Assembly: GCF_000021865.1 (NCBI RefSeq)
Contig: NC_014034.1
Location: 1-32,000 of the forward strand
Reading direction: 5' to 3'
Origin: Rhodobacter capsulatus SB 1003
GTDB taxonomy: Bacteria; Pseudomonadota; Alphaproteobacteria; Rhodobacterales; Rhodobacteraceae
DNA length: 32,000 bases
The translations under genes and the position numbers were made by a program. Shown one piece after another: positions 9,607 through 19,106 of the stretch; positions within the stretch are counted from its first letter, which is position 1, and the number at the start of each line of letters is the position of its first letter. Under the pieces are notes generated by a model. The model saw only the letters and a program-made list of their open reading frames with translations. It did not search any database and was not told the DNA's origin.

Positions 9607-11061
9607 ATGAGCATCGCAAGTGCCTTCAACTTCGCCATTTCGGGGCTGACGGCGTCGTCCCGGAAAGCCGAGGTCGTCTCTTCCAACATCGCGAATGCGA
9701 TGACGGAGGGTTACGCCCGTCGGGAACTCTCCATCGCGTCGCAGACGCTGGGCGGGACCGGCGGCGGGGTTCGCATCCTCGGCGTCAACAGGATCGTGAA
9801 TCAGGTGGTGCAGCAGGATCTGCTGCTGATGGATTCCGCCGCGGCGAACACCACCGCCAAGGCGGATTTCTACAACCGTCTCGAAACCCAGATCGGTGAC
9901 CCGGAAACCGCCGGGTCACTCTCTGCCACGATGTCGGATTTCGAAAGCGCCCTGCTCACGGCGGCCAGCATGCCCGACAGCACGGCCCGGCTCACGACGG
10001 CGGTCCGGGCCGCGTCGACCGTGGCGGACAAGCTGAACAGCATCTCCGAGGATCTGCAGGCCGCCCGGCTGACGGCCGACAAGTCGATCGCCAAGCAGGT
10101 GCGGACGCTGAACGAAACCCTGGTGCAGCTGCAGGAGATGAACCGGACGATCACCACGCAGATCTCGATCGGCAACGATGCCGCCGGTCTGATGGACGAA
10201 CGGCAGTCGCTGGTGAACCAGATCGCCGAGATCGTCCCGCTTCGGGTCGTGCAGCGCGAAAACAACCAGATCGCCCTGTTCACCACCGGCGGGGCCATCC
10301 TGCTGGACGGTTCGGCCGCAACGATCGGATTCGATGGCGCAGGCGTGATGGCGCCCCATCTGACTCTCGATTCGGGGGCGCTCTCCGGGCTCACGATCAA
10401 TGGCTATCCCACCTCCACCAAGGACGACGGCCCGCTGGGCGGGGGCACGCTGGGCGCGGCCTTCGCCGTGCGCGACGAACTCGCCCCCGAAGCGCAGAGC
10501 CAGCTGGACGCTTTCGCCCGCGATCTGATGACCCGGTTCGAGGATCCGAGCGTCGACACCACCCTGTCGGCGGGGGATCCCGGCCTGTTCACCGATGCGG
10601 GCAGCGCCTTCGACGCCAGCACCGAAGTCGGGCTGGCCGGGCGGATCCGGATGAACGCGATCGTCGATCCCGAGCAGGGCGGATCGTCCTGGCATCTGCG
10701 GGACGGGCTGATGGCCGCGGCCCCCGGGGCGGTCAGCGACGGCACGATCCTGAATGCGCTCTCGGCCGCGCTGACCCGCGAATCCGCACCGGCTTCGGGC
10801 AATTACGGCTCTGCGCTGCGCAGCGCCTCGGGGCTTGCCGCGGAATTGCTGTCTTTCGCCTCCTCGGGGCGGCAGTCGGCAGAGCTGACCCAAGGCTATG
10901 CCACCGCACGTCACGAAGCCCTGACCGAGATGTCGCTCGCCGACGGCGTGGACACGGATTACGAGATGCAAAGCCTGCTCGTCATCGAAAAGGCCTATGC
11001 CGCCAATGCGAAGGTCGTTCAGACCATCGATGCCATGCTGCAGGAACTTCTGGATATCTGA
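9607..11061 (+). CDS. flgK: Flagellar hook-associated protein 1 FlgK
   Basis: 484 aa. N-terminus MSIASAFNFAISGLTASSRKAEVVSSNIANAMTEGYARRE. C-terminal EMQSLLVIEKAYAANAKVVQTIDAMLQELL. Strong AGGAGGAG Shine-Dalgarno. Sits between flgE and flgL. Confidence 0.88.
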   Translation: MSIASAFNFAISGLTASSRKAEVVSSNIANAMTEGYARRELSIASQTLGGTGGGVRILGVNRIVNQVVQQDLLLMDSAAANTTAKADFYNRLETQIGDPETAGSLSATMSDFESALLTAASMPDSTARLTTAVRAASTVADKLNSISEDLQAARLTADKSIAKQVRTLNETLVQLQEMNRTITTQISIGNDAAGLMDERQSLVNQIAEIVPLRVVQRENNQIALFTTGGAILLDGSAATIGFDGAGVMAPHLTLDSGALSGLTINGYPTSTKDDGPLGGGTLGAAFAVRDELAPEAQSQLDAFARDLMTRFEDPSVDTTLSAGDPGLFTDAGSAFDASTEVGLAGRIRMNAIVDPEQGGSSWHLRDGLMAAAPGAVSDGTILNALSAALTRESAPASGNYGSALRSASGLAAELLSFASSGRQSAELTQGYATARHEALTEMSLADGVDTDYEMQSLLVIEKAYAANAKVVQTIDAMLQELLDI

Positions 11062-11062
11062 C

Positions 11063-12079
11063 ATGAAATACATCTCCGTCGGTGACATGTCGCAGACCTA
11101 TCTGATGCGGCGTCACAATGTTCAGCTGAAGACGACGATGTCGCGGCTCTCGGAAGAGGTCGTCACCGGCATCAGCCAGGATCTGGGCACCAAGGTCGGC
11201 GGCGATTTCACCGCGCTGGCCGCCATCGACCGGTCGATGGTGCGCGGCGAAGCCTACAAGCAGGTGGCCGCGGAAACCGATCTTCTGGCCGGCACGCAGC
11301 AGGATGCGCTGGAAACGATCCAGGGCCATGCCCAGGCGATCGGCGCGACGCTCATTTCGGCCTCCTTCGCCTCGTCGTACAACATGATCGAGTCCGGGGC
11401 GCAGAATGCCGAGCAACGGTTCGAAGCGGTGGTCGACGCGCTGAACGTCAATGTCGCCGGGCGCTACGCCTTTTCGGGAACGACCACCGACACGAAACCG
11501 GTGGCCTCGGCAGATACGATCATCAGCAGCCTCGAGGCGGTGGTGAGCGGCATGACCGTCGCCGCCGATATCATCGCCGCCGTCGACGACTGGTTCGACG
11601 CCGCCGCGGGCGGGGGCGGTTTCCTGGATCAGGGCTATCTTGGCAGCGCAAACAGCCTGTCGCCGGTGCGCCTGTCGGAAACCGACAGCGCGCAGCTGAC
11701 CATCACTGCGGGCGATTCCTCGATCCGCAACATGCTCAAGGGCTTTGCCCTCGGCACCCTGGTCGCCCGCGATCTGGTGCCCGACAATATCGAGACCCGC
11801 GCGCTGCTGATCCGCACGGCGGGGGATCGCATCACCTCGGCCGAGGGCGAGATGACCACGCTGCGCGCTGGGCTGGGCACGGTCGAGGCGATCATCTCGG
11901 ATGCGCAGACCCGCAATTCCGCGCAGGTGACCGCGCTCGAAATCGCGCGCAAGGAACTGATCGGCGTCGACGAATACGAGACGGCGACGGCACTGGAAGC
12001 CACGCAATCGCAGCTGGAAACGCTTTACACGCTGACCTCGCGGCTGACGCAACTCTCTCTGACGGATTACCTGCGATGA
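11063..12079 (+). CDS. flgL: Flagellar hook-associated protein 3 FlgL (flagellin-fold)
   Basis: ORF 10997..12079, trimmed to ATG 11063, which is 1 nt after the flgK stop. 338 aa. N-terminal flagellin-like helix MSQTYLMRRHNVQLKTTMSRLSEEVVTG. C-terminal ALEATQSQLETLYTLTSRLTQLSLTDYL. In the canonical flgK-flgL position. Confidence 0.75.
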   Translation: MKYISVGDMSQTYLMRRHNVQLKTTMSRLSEEVVTGISQDLGTKVGGDFTALAAIDRSMVRGEAYKQVAAETDLLAGTQQDALETIQGHAQAIGATLISASFASSYNMIESGAQNAEQRFEAVVDALNVNVAGRYAFSGTTTDTKPVASADTIISSLEAVVSGMTVAADIIAAVDDWFDAAAGGGGFLDQGYLGSANSLSPVRLSETDSAQLTITAGDSSIRNMLKGFALGTLVARDLVPDNIETRALLIRTAGDRITSAEGEMTTLRAGLGTVEAIISDAQTRNSAQVTALEIARKELIGVDEYETATALEATQSQLETLYTLTSRLTQLSLTDYLR

Positions 12080-13173
12080 AACTTCTGGCCCTTGTGCTGC
12101 TGCTGCTGCTGCCGTCCCTGAGCCTTGCGGCCCCGATCCGGATCAAGGATCTGGTCGAATTCGATGGCGTGCGCGGCAACGACCTTGTCGGCTACGGGCT
12201 CGTGGTCGGTCTGAACGGAACCGGCGACGGGATCCGCAACGCGCCCTTCACCGAAGAAATCATGGCCAATATCCTCGAACGGCTTGGCGTTAACGTTAGC
12301 GGCGAGCAATTCCGGCCGAAGAACGTCGCTGCGGTGATGGTGACGGCCGCGCTGCCGCCCTTTGCCCGGGCAGGGTCGAAGATCGATGTCACGGTCTCGG
12401 CGATCGGCGATGCCAAGAGCCTGCTTGGCGGCACGCTGATCATGACGCCCCTGAACGCGGCGGACGGGGAAATCTATGCGGTGGCGCAAGGGGCTGTGAT
12501 CGCCGGCGGCGTCTCGGCGCAGGGGCAGGCCGCCTCGGTCGTGCAGGGGGTTCCGACCTCGGGCACGATCCCCTCGGGCGCCCATGTCGAACGCGAGATC
12601 GGCTTCGAGCTCGACAGCCTCTCGGATGTCCGTCTGGCGCTGCGCACGCCCGATTTCACCACCGCGGCGCGGATCGAAAAGGCGATCAATCGCGAATTCG
12701 GGTCGCGCATCGCCGCGATGGAGGATTCGGGCACCGTCTCGGTCAGCATCGCCAATGCCAACATGCGCTCGGCCGCGCATGTGCTGGAACGGCTCGAGAA
12801 CCTGACCGTCGAGCCCGAGCAGCGCGCCCGGGTCGTGGTGGATCAGCGCTCCGGCACCATCGTCATGGGCGAGGATGTGCGGATTTCCCGCGTCGCGGTC
12901 AGCCAGGGGAACCTGACGCTGCGCGTGCAGGAAGCGCCGATCGCCGTGCAACCGAACCCCTTCGCCCGCGGCGAGACCGTCGTCGTTCCGCGCACCGAAG
13001 CCTCGATCGAGGAAGGCGCGGGGCTCAAGATGGCCGAGGTCGGGGAAACCAGCTCGCTTTCCGATGTGGTCGCCGGGCTGAATGCGCTGGGGGTCAGCCC
13101 GCGCGACATGATCGACATCCTGAAAAGCATCAATGCCGCCGGGGCCCTGCACGCGGAATTCGTGGTCAACTGA
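12076..13173 (+). CDS. flgI: Flagellar P-ring protein FlgI
   Basis: 365 aa. Signal peptide MKLLALVLLLLLPSLSLA followed by the conserved IRIKDLVEFDGVRGNDLVGYGLVVGLNGTGD. C-terminal ALGVSPRDMIDILKSINAAGALHAEFVV. ATGA overlap with flgL. Confidence 0.93.
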   Translation: MKLLALVLLLLLPSLSLAAPIRIKDLVEFDGVRGNDLVGYGLVVGLNGTGDGIRNAPFTEEIMANILERLGVNVSGEQFRPKNVAAVMVTAALPPFARAGSKIDVTVSAIGDAKSLLGGTLIMTPLNAADGEIYAVAQGAVIAGGVSAQGQAASVVQGVPTSGTIPSGAHVEREIGFELDSLSDVRLALRTPDFTTAARIEKAINREFGSRIAAMEDSGTVSVSIANANMRSAAHVLERLENLTVEPEQRARVVVDQRSGTIVMGEDVRISRVAVSQGNLTLRVQEAPIAVQPNPFARGETVVVPRTEASIEEGAGLKMAEVGETSSLSDVVAGLNALGVSPRDMIDILKSINAAGALHAEFVVN

Positions 13174-13195
13174 TCGCTGCAGCCGCTTCCTGCCC

Positions 13196-13230
13196 GAACG
13201 CGTCGCTTGCGGCGCGTTCTTGGCTTTTTG
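13196..13230 (+). terminator. Rho-independent terminator after flgI
   Basis: Arms GAACGCGTCGC (13196-13206) and GCGGCGCGTTC (13209-13219) pair with one mismatch. The innermost pairs must open to form a loop. Followed by TTGGCTTTTTG. Starts 23 nt after the flgI stop. Confidence 0.55.
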
Positions 13231-13346
13231 CCACCGGGGGGCCGACCGGGCTTTCGTTTCCAGGTTGATCTTGCAAGCATTTGATTGAATTCTGTCCGCA
13301 AGGCCAATCTGCCGGGCCTGAGCGCCGCCAGAGGGAGGTTCCCGCA

Positions 13347-14294
13347 ATGACGCCGTGCGCGCTGCCCCTGATCGCCACGCTGCTGAGCGGTTGCGCCGCG
13401 CCGCCACCGATGGCGACCGGCTATGTCGAGGGCGACCATGTGATGATCGCCCCGGTCTCGGTGGCGGAACTGGCCAGCCTGTCGGTCACGCGCGGGCAAA
13501 GGGTGCGGGCGGGGGCACCGCTGGCAAAACAGGAAGACCGCGATGCGCGGATCGCGGTCGATCAGGCAAGGGCCGCTCTGGCCCAGGCGGAAAACCAGCT
13601 GGAAAACCTGCGCGAGGGCAAGCGGCCCGAGGAAATCCGGGGGATCGAAGCCTCGCTGGCCTCGGCCCGGGCACAGGCGAGCGAGTCGGAGCGCAGCGCG
13701 CTGCGGCTTGCGGCGCTGGAGAGCCGCGGCGCGGCGACCTCGGCCCAGCGCGAGGATGCGCAGACCGCCCTGACCATGGCGCAGGCGAAAGTGGCCGAGA
13801 TCGAGGCCAATCTGGCGGTGGCCCGCCTGCCCGCCCGCAAGGCCGAGATCGCCGCCGCCGAGGCCGCCGTCCGCGCCGGTCAGGCCGGGCTGGAACAGGC
13901 GCAATGGGTGCTGGAAAAGCGCAGCCTGACCGCCCCCGCCGACGGGGTGATTTCGGATCTGCTGCGGCGGCCGGGGGAAATCTCGGGACCGGCGGCGCCG
14001 ATCCTGACGATGCTGCCCGACCATGCGGTGAAGCTGCGGCTGTATCTGCCCGAATCGCAGCTGGCGCAGGTGCACACCGGCACGAAGCTGAAGGTGCATT
14101 GCGACGGCTGCGCCCCGGGTCTGACCGCCACGGTTTCCTATGTCGCCGACGGGCCGGAATTCACCCCGCCGGTGATCTATTCGCTGCAGAACCGGCAGAA
14201 GCTGGTCTATCTGCTCGAAGCCCGCCCCGATGACACGACGGCGCTGAAACCGGGGCAGATCGTCGATGTAAGCTTGGCCGAGGCGCGCAAATGA
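13347..14294 (+). CDS. HlyD-family membrane-fusion (periplasmic adaptor) protein, lipoprotein-type, YbhG-like
   Basis: ORF 13281..14294, trimmed to ATG 13347, which is preceded by GAGGGAGG. Lipobox LLSGC in MTPCALPLIATLLSGCAAP. Long Ala/Glu/Gln-rich coiled-coil hairpin. C-terminal beta-barrel segment GQIVDVSL. ATGA overlap with the downstream ABC ATPase. Confidence 0.85.
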   Translation: MTPCALPLIATLLSGCAAPPPMATGYVEGDHVMIAPVSVAELASLSVTRGQRVRAGAPLAKQEDRDARIAVDQARAALAQAENQLENLREGKRPEEIRGIEASLASARAQASESERSALRLAALESRGAATSAQREDAQTALTMAQAKVAEIEANLAVARLPARKAEIAAAEAAVRAGQAGLEQAQWVLEKRSLTAPADGVISDLLRRPGEISGPAAPILTMLPDHAVKLRLYLPESQLAQVHTGTKLKVHCDGCAPGLTATVSYVADGPEFTPPVIYSLQNRQKLVYLLEARPDDTTALKPGQIVDVSLAEARK

Positions 14295-15208
14295 GCCTGC
14301 CCGCCATCGCCGTGACCGATCTGACCAAGCGGTTCGGCAAGCGGGTGGTGGTGGACCGGGTCTCGATCACCGTGCAACCGGGCGAGATCGTCGGCTTTCT
14401 GGGCCCGAACGGATCCGGCAAAACGACGACAATCCGCATGATGTGCGGGCTGCTCACCCCAGATGCGGGGGAAGGCCGCGTGCTGGGCCACGATATCTTG
14501 CGCGATCAGGCCGCGATCAAACGCGAAGTCGGCTACATGACCCAGCGCTTCAGTTTCTATGAAGACCTGACCATCGCGGAAAATCTGGGCTTCGTCGCGG
14601 GTGTCTACGGCCTGCCCGCCGATGCCGTGACCGAAACGCTCGCGGATCTGGGCCTGACCAGCCGCCGCGCACAGCTGGCCGGATCGCTCTCGGGCGGCTG
14701 GAAGCAACGGCTTGCCTTGGCCGCCTGCCTGATGCACCGCCCGAAACTCCTGATGCTCGACGAGCCCACCGCAGGCGTCGATCCGAAGGCGCGGCGGGAC
14801 TTCTGGGATGAAATCCACGCCCGCGCCGCCACCGGCCTGACCGTCCTCGTCTCCACCCATTACATGGACGAGGCCGAGCGCTGCCACCGCATCAACTATA
14901 TCTCTTACGGCAAGCTGATCTCGCAGGGCACGGTGGCCGAGGTGATCGCCGCCGCCGGTCTGGTCACCGTGATCCTGCGCGGCCCCCGCACCGCCGAGGC
15001 GCAGGCCCTCCTTCTCAACCGCCCGGGCGTCGATCAGGTGGCGCATTGGGGCGCCGATCTGCATGTGATCGGCCGCGACGGCGCCGCGCTGCGCCAGGCC
15101 GCGGCCGAGGTCGCCGCCGCCACCGGAGCCAGCATGATCGCGGCCGAAACCAGCCTGGAAGACGTGTTCATCCAGCTGATGGGCGCCGCAAGGGACAACA
15201 TGGCATGA
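14291..15208 (+). CDS. ABC transporter ATP-binding protein (ABC-2/drug-exporter type)
   Basis: 305 aa. Walker A GPNGSGKTT, Q-loop MTQRF, signature LSGGWKQRLALA, Walker B LLMLDEPTAGVD and H-loop STHYMDEA. Confidence 0.92.
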   Translation: MSLPAIAVTDLTKRFGKRVVVDRVSITVQPGEIVGFLGPNGSGKTTTIRMMCGLLTPDAGEGRVLGHDILRDQAAIKREVGYMTQRFSFYEDLTIAENLGFVAGVYGLPADAVTETLADLGLTSRRAQLAGSLSGGWKQRLALAACLMHRPKLLMLDEPTAGVDPKARRDFWDEIHARAATGLTVLVSTHYMDEAERCHRINYISYGKLISQGTVAEVIAAAGLVTVILRGPRTAEAQALLLNRPGVDQVAHWGADLHVIGRDGAALRQAAAEVAAATGASMIAAETSLEDVFIQLMGAARDNMA

Positions 15209-16341
15209 CCCGGTTCCTGTCCTTTCGCCGCCTCTTCACCATCATCCGCAAGGAGGCGCTGCAGATGCGCCGCGACCGCATCACCTTTGCGATGATGCTG
15301 GGCGTGCCCTTGATGCAGCTGATGCTTTTCGGCTTCGCGATCAACAACGACCCCAAGGGCCTGCCCGCCGCTTTGGTCGCCCCCGCGCAGGACCGCTATT
15401 CCCGGGCGCTGGTTTCCGCGCTGGAACTGACCGGCTATTACCGCTTCACCCATCCGCAGGTCACGGCGACCGAGGCCGAGCGGCTGATCGCCACCGGACA
15501 GGTCAGTTTCGTCGTCACCGTGCCCTCGGATTTCGGCCGCAAGGTCATCCGCGGCGAACATCCGCAGATCCTGATCGAGGCCGACGCGACCGACCCCGCC
15601 GTCGCCTCGGGCGCCATTGGCACCCTTGGCACCGTCGCGGCGCAGGCTTTGCTGCGCGAAAGCGGCACCGAGGCCGAGGCGGCCGCCAGCGCGGCACAAA
15701 AGCTCGAGGTCGTCGTGCATCGCCGCTACAACCCCGAGGGCCTCACGCAATACAACATCGTCCCCGGGCTTCTGGGGGTGATCTTGCAGATGACGATGGT
15801 GATGATGACCGCGATGGCGCTGACGCGGGAAATCGAGCGCGGCACGATGGAAAACCTGCTGTCGATGCCGGTCACCCCGATCGAGGTGATGCTGGGCAAG
15901 GTTTTGCCCTTTTTCGTCGTCGGCGCGGTGCAGGTCAGCGTGGTGCTGACGGCGGCGAAAACGATTTTCGGCGTGCCCTTTGTCGGCAGCCTGTGGCTGT
16001 TGATGCTGGGGGTTCTGGTCTTCGTGATGGCGCTTGTCGTGCTGGGCTATGTGTTTTCGACACTGGCCCGGACGCAGATGCAGGCGATGCAGCTGACCTT
16101 CTTTTACTTCCTGCCCTCGATCCTGCTTTCGGGCTTCATGTTCCCGTTTCGCGGCATGCCGACCTGGGCGCAATGGATCGGAGAAACGCTTCCCCTCACC
16201 CATTTCCTGCGCCTGATCCGCGGGGTGATGCTGAAGGGGGCGACGCTTGCCGATATCGCGCAGCCGCTTTTGACGCTGACCGGCTTTGCCATCTTCTTCT
16301 CGCTTCTGGCGCTCAGCCGGTTTCGCCAGACGCTGGATTGA
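15205..16341 (+). CDS. ABC-2 type transporter permease (YbhS/YbhR-like)
   Basis: ORF 15046..16341, trimmed to ATG 15205 (ATGA overlap with the ATPase stop). Starts MTRFLSFRRLFTIIRKEALQMRRDRITFAMMLGVPLMQL, then a large periplasmic loop and a C-terminal bundle of 5 TM segments typical of ABC-2 permeases. Confidence 0.85.
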   Translation: MTRFLSFRRLFTIIRKEALQMRRDRITFAMMLGVPLMQLMLFGFAINNDPKGLPAALVAPAQDRYSRALVSALELTGYYRFTHPQVTATEAERLIATGQVSFVVTVPSDFGRKVIRGEHPQILIEADATDPAVASGAIGTLGTVAAQALLRESGTEAEAAASAAQKLEVVVHRRYNPEGLTQYNIVPGLLGVILQMTMVMMTAMALTREIERGTMENLLSMPVTPIEVMLGKVLPFFVVGAVQVSVVLTAAKTIFGVPFVGSLWLLMLGVLVFVMALVVLGYVFSTLARTQMQAMQLTFFYFLPSILLSGFMFPFRGMPTWAQWIGETLPLTHFLRLIRGVMLKGATLADIAQPLLTLTGFAIFFSLLALSRFRQTLD

Positions 16342-16366
16342 AAAGGGCCGCCGGAGCGGCCCTTTC
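16341..16366. terminator. Bidirectional rho-independent terminator between the ABC-2 permease and xylA
   Basis: Perfect 10-bp stem AAAGGGCCGC (16342-16351) / GCGGCCCTTT (16356-16365) with loop CGGA. The A-run on one side and T-run on the other give a U-tail on either strand. It fills the 30-nt gap between the convergent stops. Confidence 0.7.
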
Positions 16367-16371
16367 ATGGT

Positions 16372-17673
16372 TCAGACGAACCGGTTCCACAGATTTTCCA
16401 GCCGCTCCTGCCGCCCGGATTTCGGCTGCGGGTTGATGCCTTTCGCCCGCACCAGCGCCTCGATCGAGGCCAGATCCGAGCCGAGCATCGCCTTTGCCTC
16501 GGCCGTGTCCCAACCCGCATAACGCGCCTTGCGATTGGCTTCGAGCCCGCCATCTTCCAAAAGCGCCGCCGCCGCCTTCAGCGCCCGGGCGCAGACATCC
16601 ATCGCGCCGACATGGCCGAGGATCAGATCCTCCGGGTCGATCGACTGACGGCGGATCTTCGCGTCGAAATTGGTGCCGCCGGTGGTGAAGCCGCCCGCTT
16701 TCAGCACTTCGTAATAGGCCCGCGCCATCTCGGGAACCGAATCCGGGAACTGGTCGGTGTCCCAGCCCGATTGGTAATCGTTGCGGTTCATGTCAATCGA
16801 ACCAAGGATGCCAAGCGAAGCCGCCAGCGCCAGTTCATGCTCGAAACTGTGCCCGGCCAGGATCGCGTGACCCTGTTCGATGTTCACCTTGACCTCGTTT
16901 TCCAGCCCGAAGCGTTTCAGGAAGCCGTAAACCGTCGCCACATCGTAGTCATATTGGTGCTTCGACGGCTCCTGCGGTTTCGGCTCGATCAGGATCGTGC
17001 CCTTGAAGCCGATCTTGTGCTTGTAGTCGACGACCATCTGCAGGAAGCGCCCGGCCTGTTCCGCCTCGCGGGTCAGATCGGTGTTCAGAAGCGTTTCATA
17101 GCCCTCGCGGCCGCCCCAAAGCACATAGTTGGCGCCGCCAAGCTTGTGCGTGGCATCCATGCAGGTCTTCACCGTCGCGGCAGACCAGGCAAAGACCTCC
17201 GGATCGGGGTTCGTCGCCGCGCCCGACATGAAGCGGCGGTGGCTGAAGAGATTCGCCGTGCCCCACAGAAGCTTGGTGTTCGAGTCCGCCATCTTCTCGC
17301 CGATGTAATCGACGATCACTTCCAGATTGCGGGTGTTTTCCGCGAAATCCCTGCCCTCGGGGCGGATGTCGGCATCGTGGAAGCAGAAGAACGGCGCGCC
17401 GAGAATGTCGAACATCTCGAAGGCGACATCGGCTTTCAGCTTCGCCAGATCAAGCGTGTCGCCAAACCACGGCCGATCAAACGTCTGACCGCCGAACGGG
17501 TCGCCGCCCGGCCAGGCGAAGCTGTGCCACCAGGCGATGGCAAAGCGCAGATGCTCGGCCATGGTCTTGCCCATCACCACTTCCGTGGGGTTGTAGTGCC
17601 GGAAGGCGAATTCATTGGTCGAATTCGGGCCTTCATAGCGGATTTGCGGAATACCCTTGAAGAAGTCGGTCAT
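16372..17673 (-). CDS. xylA: Xylose isomerase
   Basis: ORF 16372..17991, trimmed to ATG 17673 ([29 protein letters not shown]). 433 aa. Family motifs [41 protein letters not shown] and [17 protein letters not shown]. The start overlaps the xylB stop (ATGA). Confidence 0.95.
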   Translation of the reverse strand: MTDFFKGIPQIRYEGPNSTNEFAFRHYNPTEVVMGKTMAEHLRFAIAWWHSFAWPGGDPFGGQTFDRPWFGDTLDLAKLKADVAFEMFDILGAPFFCFHDADIRPEGRDFAENTRNLEVIVDYIGEKMADSNTKLLWGTANLFSHRRFMSGAATNPDPEVFAWSAATVKTCMDATHKLGGANYVLWGGREGYETLLNTDLTREAEQAGRFLQMVVDYKHKIGFKGTILIEPKPQEPSKHQYDYDVATVYGFLKRFGLENEVKVNIEQGHAILAGHSFEHELALAASLGILGSIDMNRNDYQSGWDTDQFPDSVPEMARAYYEVLKAGGFTTGGTNFDAKIRRQSIDPEDLILGHVGAMDVCARALKAAAALLEDGGLEANRKARYAGWDTAEAKAMLGSDLASIEALVRAKGINPQPKSGRQERLENLWNRFV

Positions 17674-19106
17674 GTCAGTCCCCGGATTGCGGCCTGTGCC
17701 GCGCGGTAGCGGGCATGGCCTTCGTCGAATGCCGATGACAGCGCCGAAACAGGCTCTATCACGGCTGAAATCACCGGTTGCGAGGCCACTTCGGCCCCTG
17801 CCCCGGTCGCGGCCATCAAGGCCAGTCGCGCGGCGCCAAAGGCCCCGCCGAAATCCCCCGCCACCGGCAGGGAAACAGGCGTGCCAAGCGCCGTCGCGAT
17901 CGCTTGACACCAATAGGTCGATTTCGAGCCGCCACCGACGGCCAGCAGGCTTTCGATCTTCGTGCCGGTCGCGGCCAGAGCATCGCGGCAATCGCGAATG
18001 GCAAAGGTCACGCCTTCCAGCACCGCCCGCGTCGCAGCCGCGCGGTCGGTCGCATGTTCAAGGCCGATGAAGGCGCCGCGAATGGCGGCATCGTTCAAAG
18101 GCGTGCGCTCTCCGCCCAGATAGGGCAGGAATCGGGTCTTTCCGGGCGCCTGCAGCGGCCCCAGACCCGCGGTCAGCTCCTTGGGCGAAGCCCCCGCGAT
18201 GCGCGAAAACCAGTTCAGCGCATCGGTGGCGGCCAAGATCACCCCCATCTGATGCCAGGTCCCCGGCAGCGCGTGGCAAAAGGTATGTACGGCGGTCGCG
18301 GCATCGGGCTGATAGCCGTCATTCGCGGCAAAGAGCACGCCCGAGGTGCCCAACGACACGAAAGCCTGACCGGCCTTGACCACGCCGACACCGATGCCCG
18401 AGGCGGCATTGTCGCCCCCGCCCCCGGCCACGACGACCCCCGCAGGCATCCCGAACCGCGCCGCCAATTCGGCTCTGATCTGGCCCGAAACCTCGGATCC
18501 CTCGACCAGACGCGGCATCTGATCGCGCCGCATGCACGAGGCTTTCAGCAGATCTTCGGACCAGTCTCGGCGGCCGACATCCAGCCAGGCCGTCCCCGCG
18601 GCATCCGACATTTCCGCCACATGCTCGCCCGTCAACCAGAGCCGCAGATAGTCTTTCGGCAACAGCACCTTTGCCACGCGGGCAAAGATCTCGGGCTCAT
18701 GCCGGGCCACCCAGCACAGTTTCGGCGCGGTGAAGCCCGGAAAAACGATATTGCCCGAAAGCGCCCGAAAGATCGGGTTCGCATCAAGTTCGGCGGCCTC
18801 GACATGGGACCGGGTGTCGTTCCACAGGATGCAGGGCCGCAGCACGTCATCCGACGCATCCAGAAGCGTCGCCCCGTGCATCTGCCCCGAAAGCCCGATG
18901 CCGCGCAGCTGCCCCAGACCGAAGCCCGCCAGTTCCGCCAGCACCTTTTCCGCCGCGCCGATCCAGTCGGCAGGCGCCTGTTCTGACCAGCCCTCCTGCG
19001 GGCGGGAAACGGTCAAGGGCGCCGTCGCCTCGGCCAGCACCTTCTGATCCCCGTCGATCAGAATGCCCTTGAGCCCGGAGGTGCCAAGATCCAACCCCAG
19101 ATACAT
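17670..19106 (-). CDS. xylB: Xylulokinase (FGGY carbohydrate kinase)
   Basis: ORF 17670..19232, trimmed to ATG 19106 ([18 protein letters not shown]). 478 aa. FGGY motifs [13 protein letters not shown] and C-terminal [22 protein letters not shown]. Sits between xylG and xylA. Confidence 0.9.
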   Translation of the reverse strand: MYLGLDLGTSGLKGILIDGDQKVLAEATAPLTVSRPQEGWSEQAPADWIGAAEKVLAELAGFGLGQLRGIGLSGQMHGATLLDASDDVLRPCILWNDTRSHVEAAELDANPIFRALSGNIVFPGFTAPKLCWVARHEPEIFARVAKVLLPKDYLRLWLTGEHVAEMSDAAGTAWLDVGRRDWSEDLLKASCMRRDQMPRLVEGSEVSGQIRAELAARFGMPAGVVVAGGGGDNAASGIGVGVVKAGQAFVSLGTSGVLFAANDGYQPDAATAVHTFCHALPGTWHQMGVILAATDALNWFSRIAGASPKELTAGLGPLQAPGKTRFLPYLGGERTPLNDAAIRGAFIGLEHATDRAAATRAVLEGVTFAIRDCRDALAATGTKIESLLAVGGGSKSTYWCQAIATALGTPVSLPVAGDFGGAFGAARLALMAATGAGAEVASQPVISAVIEPVSALSSAFDEGHARYRAAQAAIRGLT

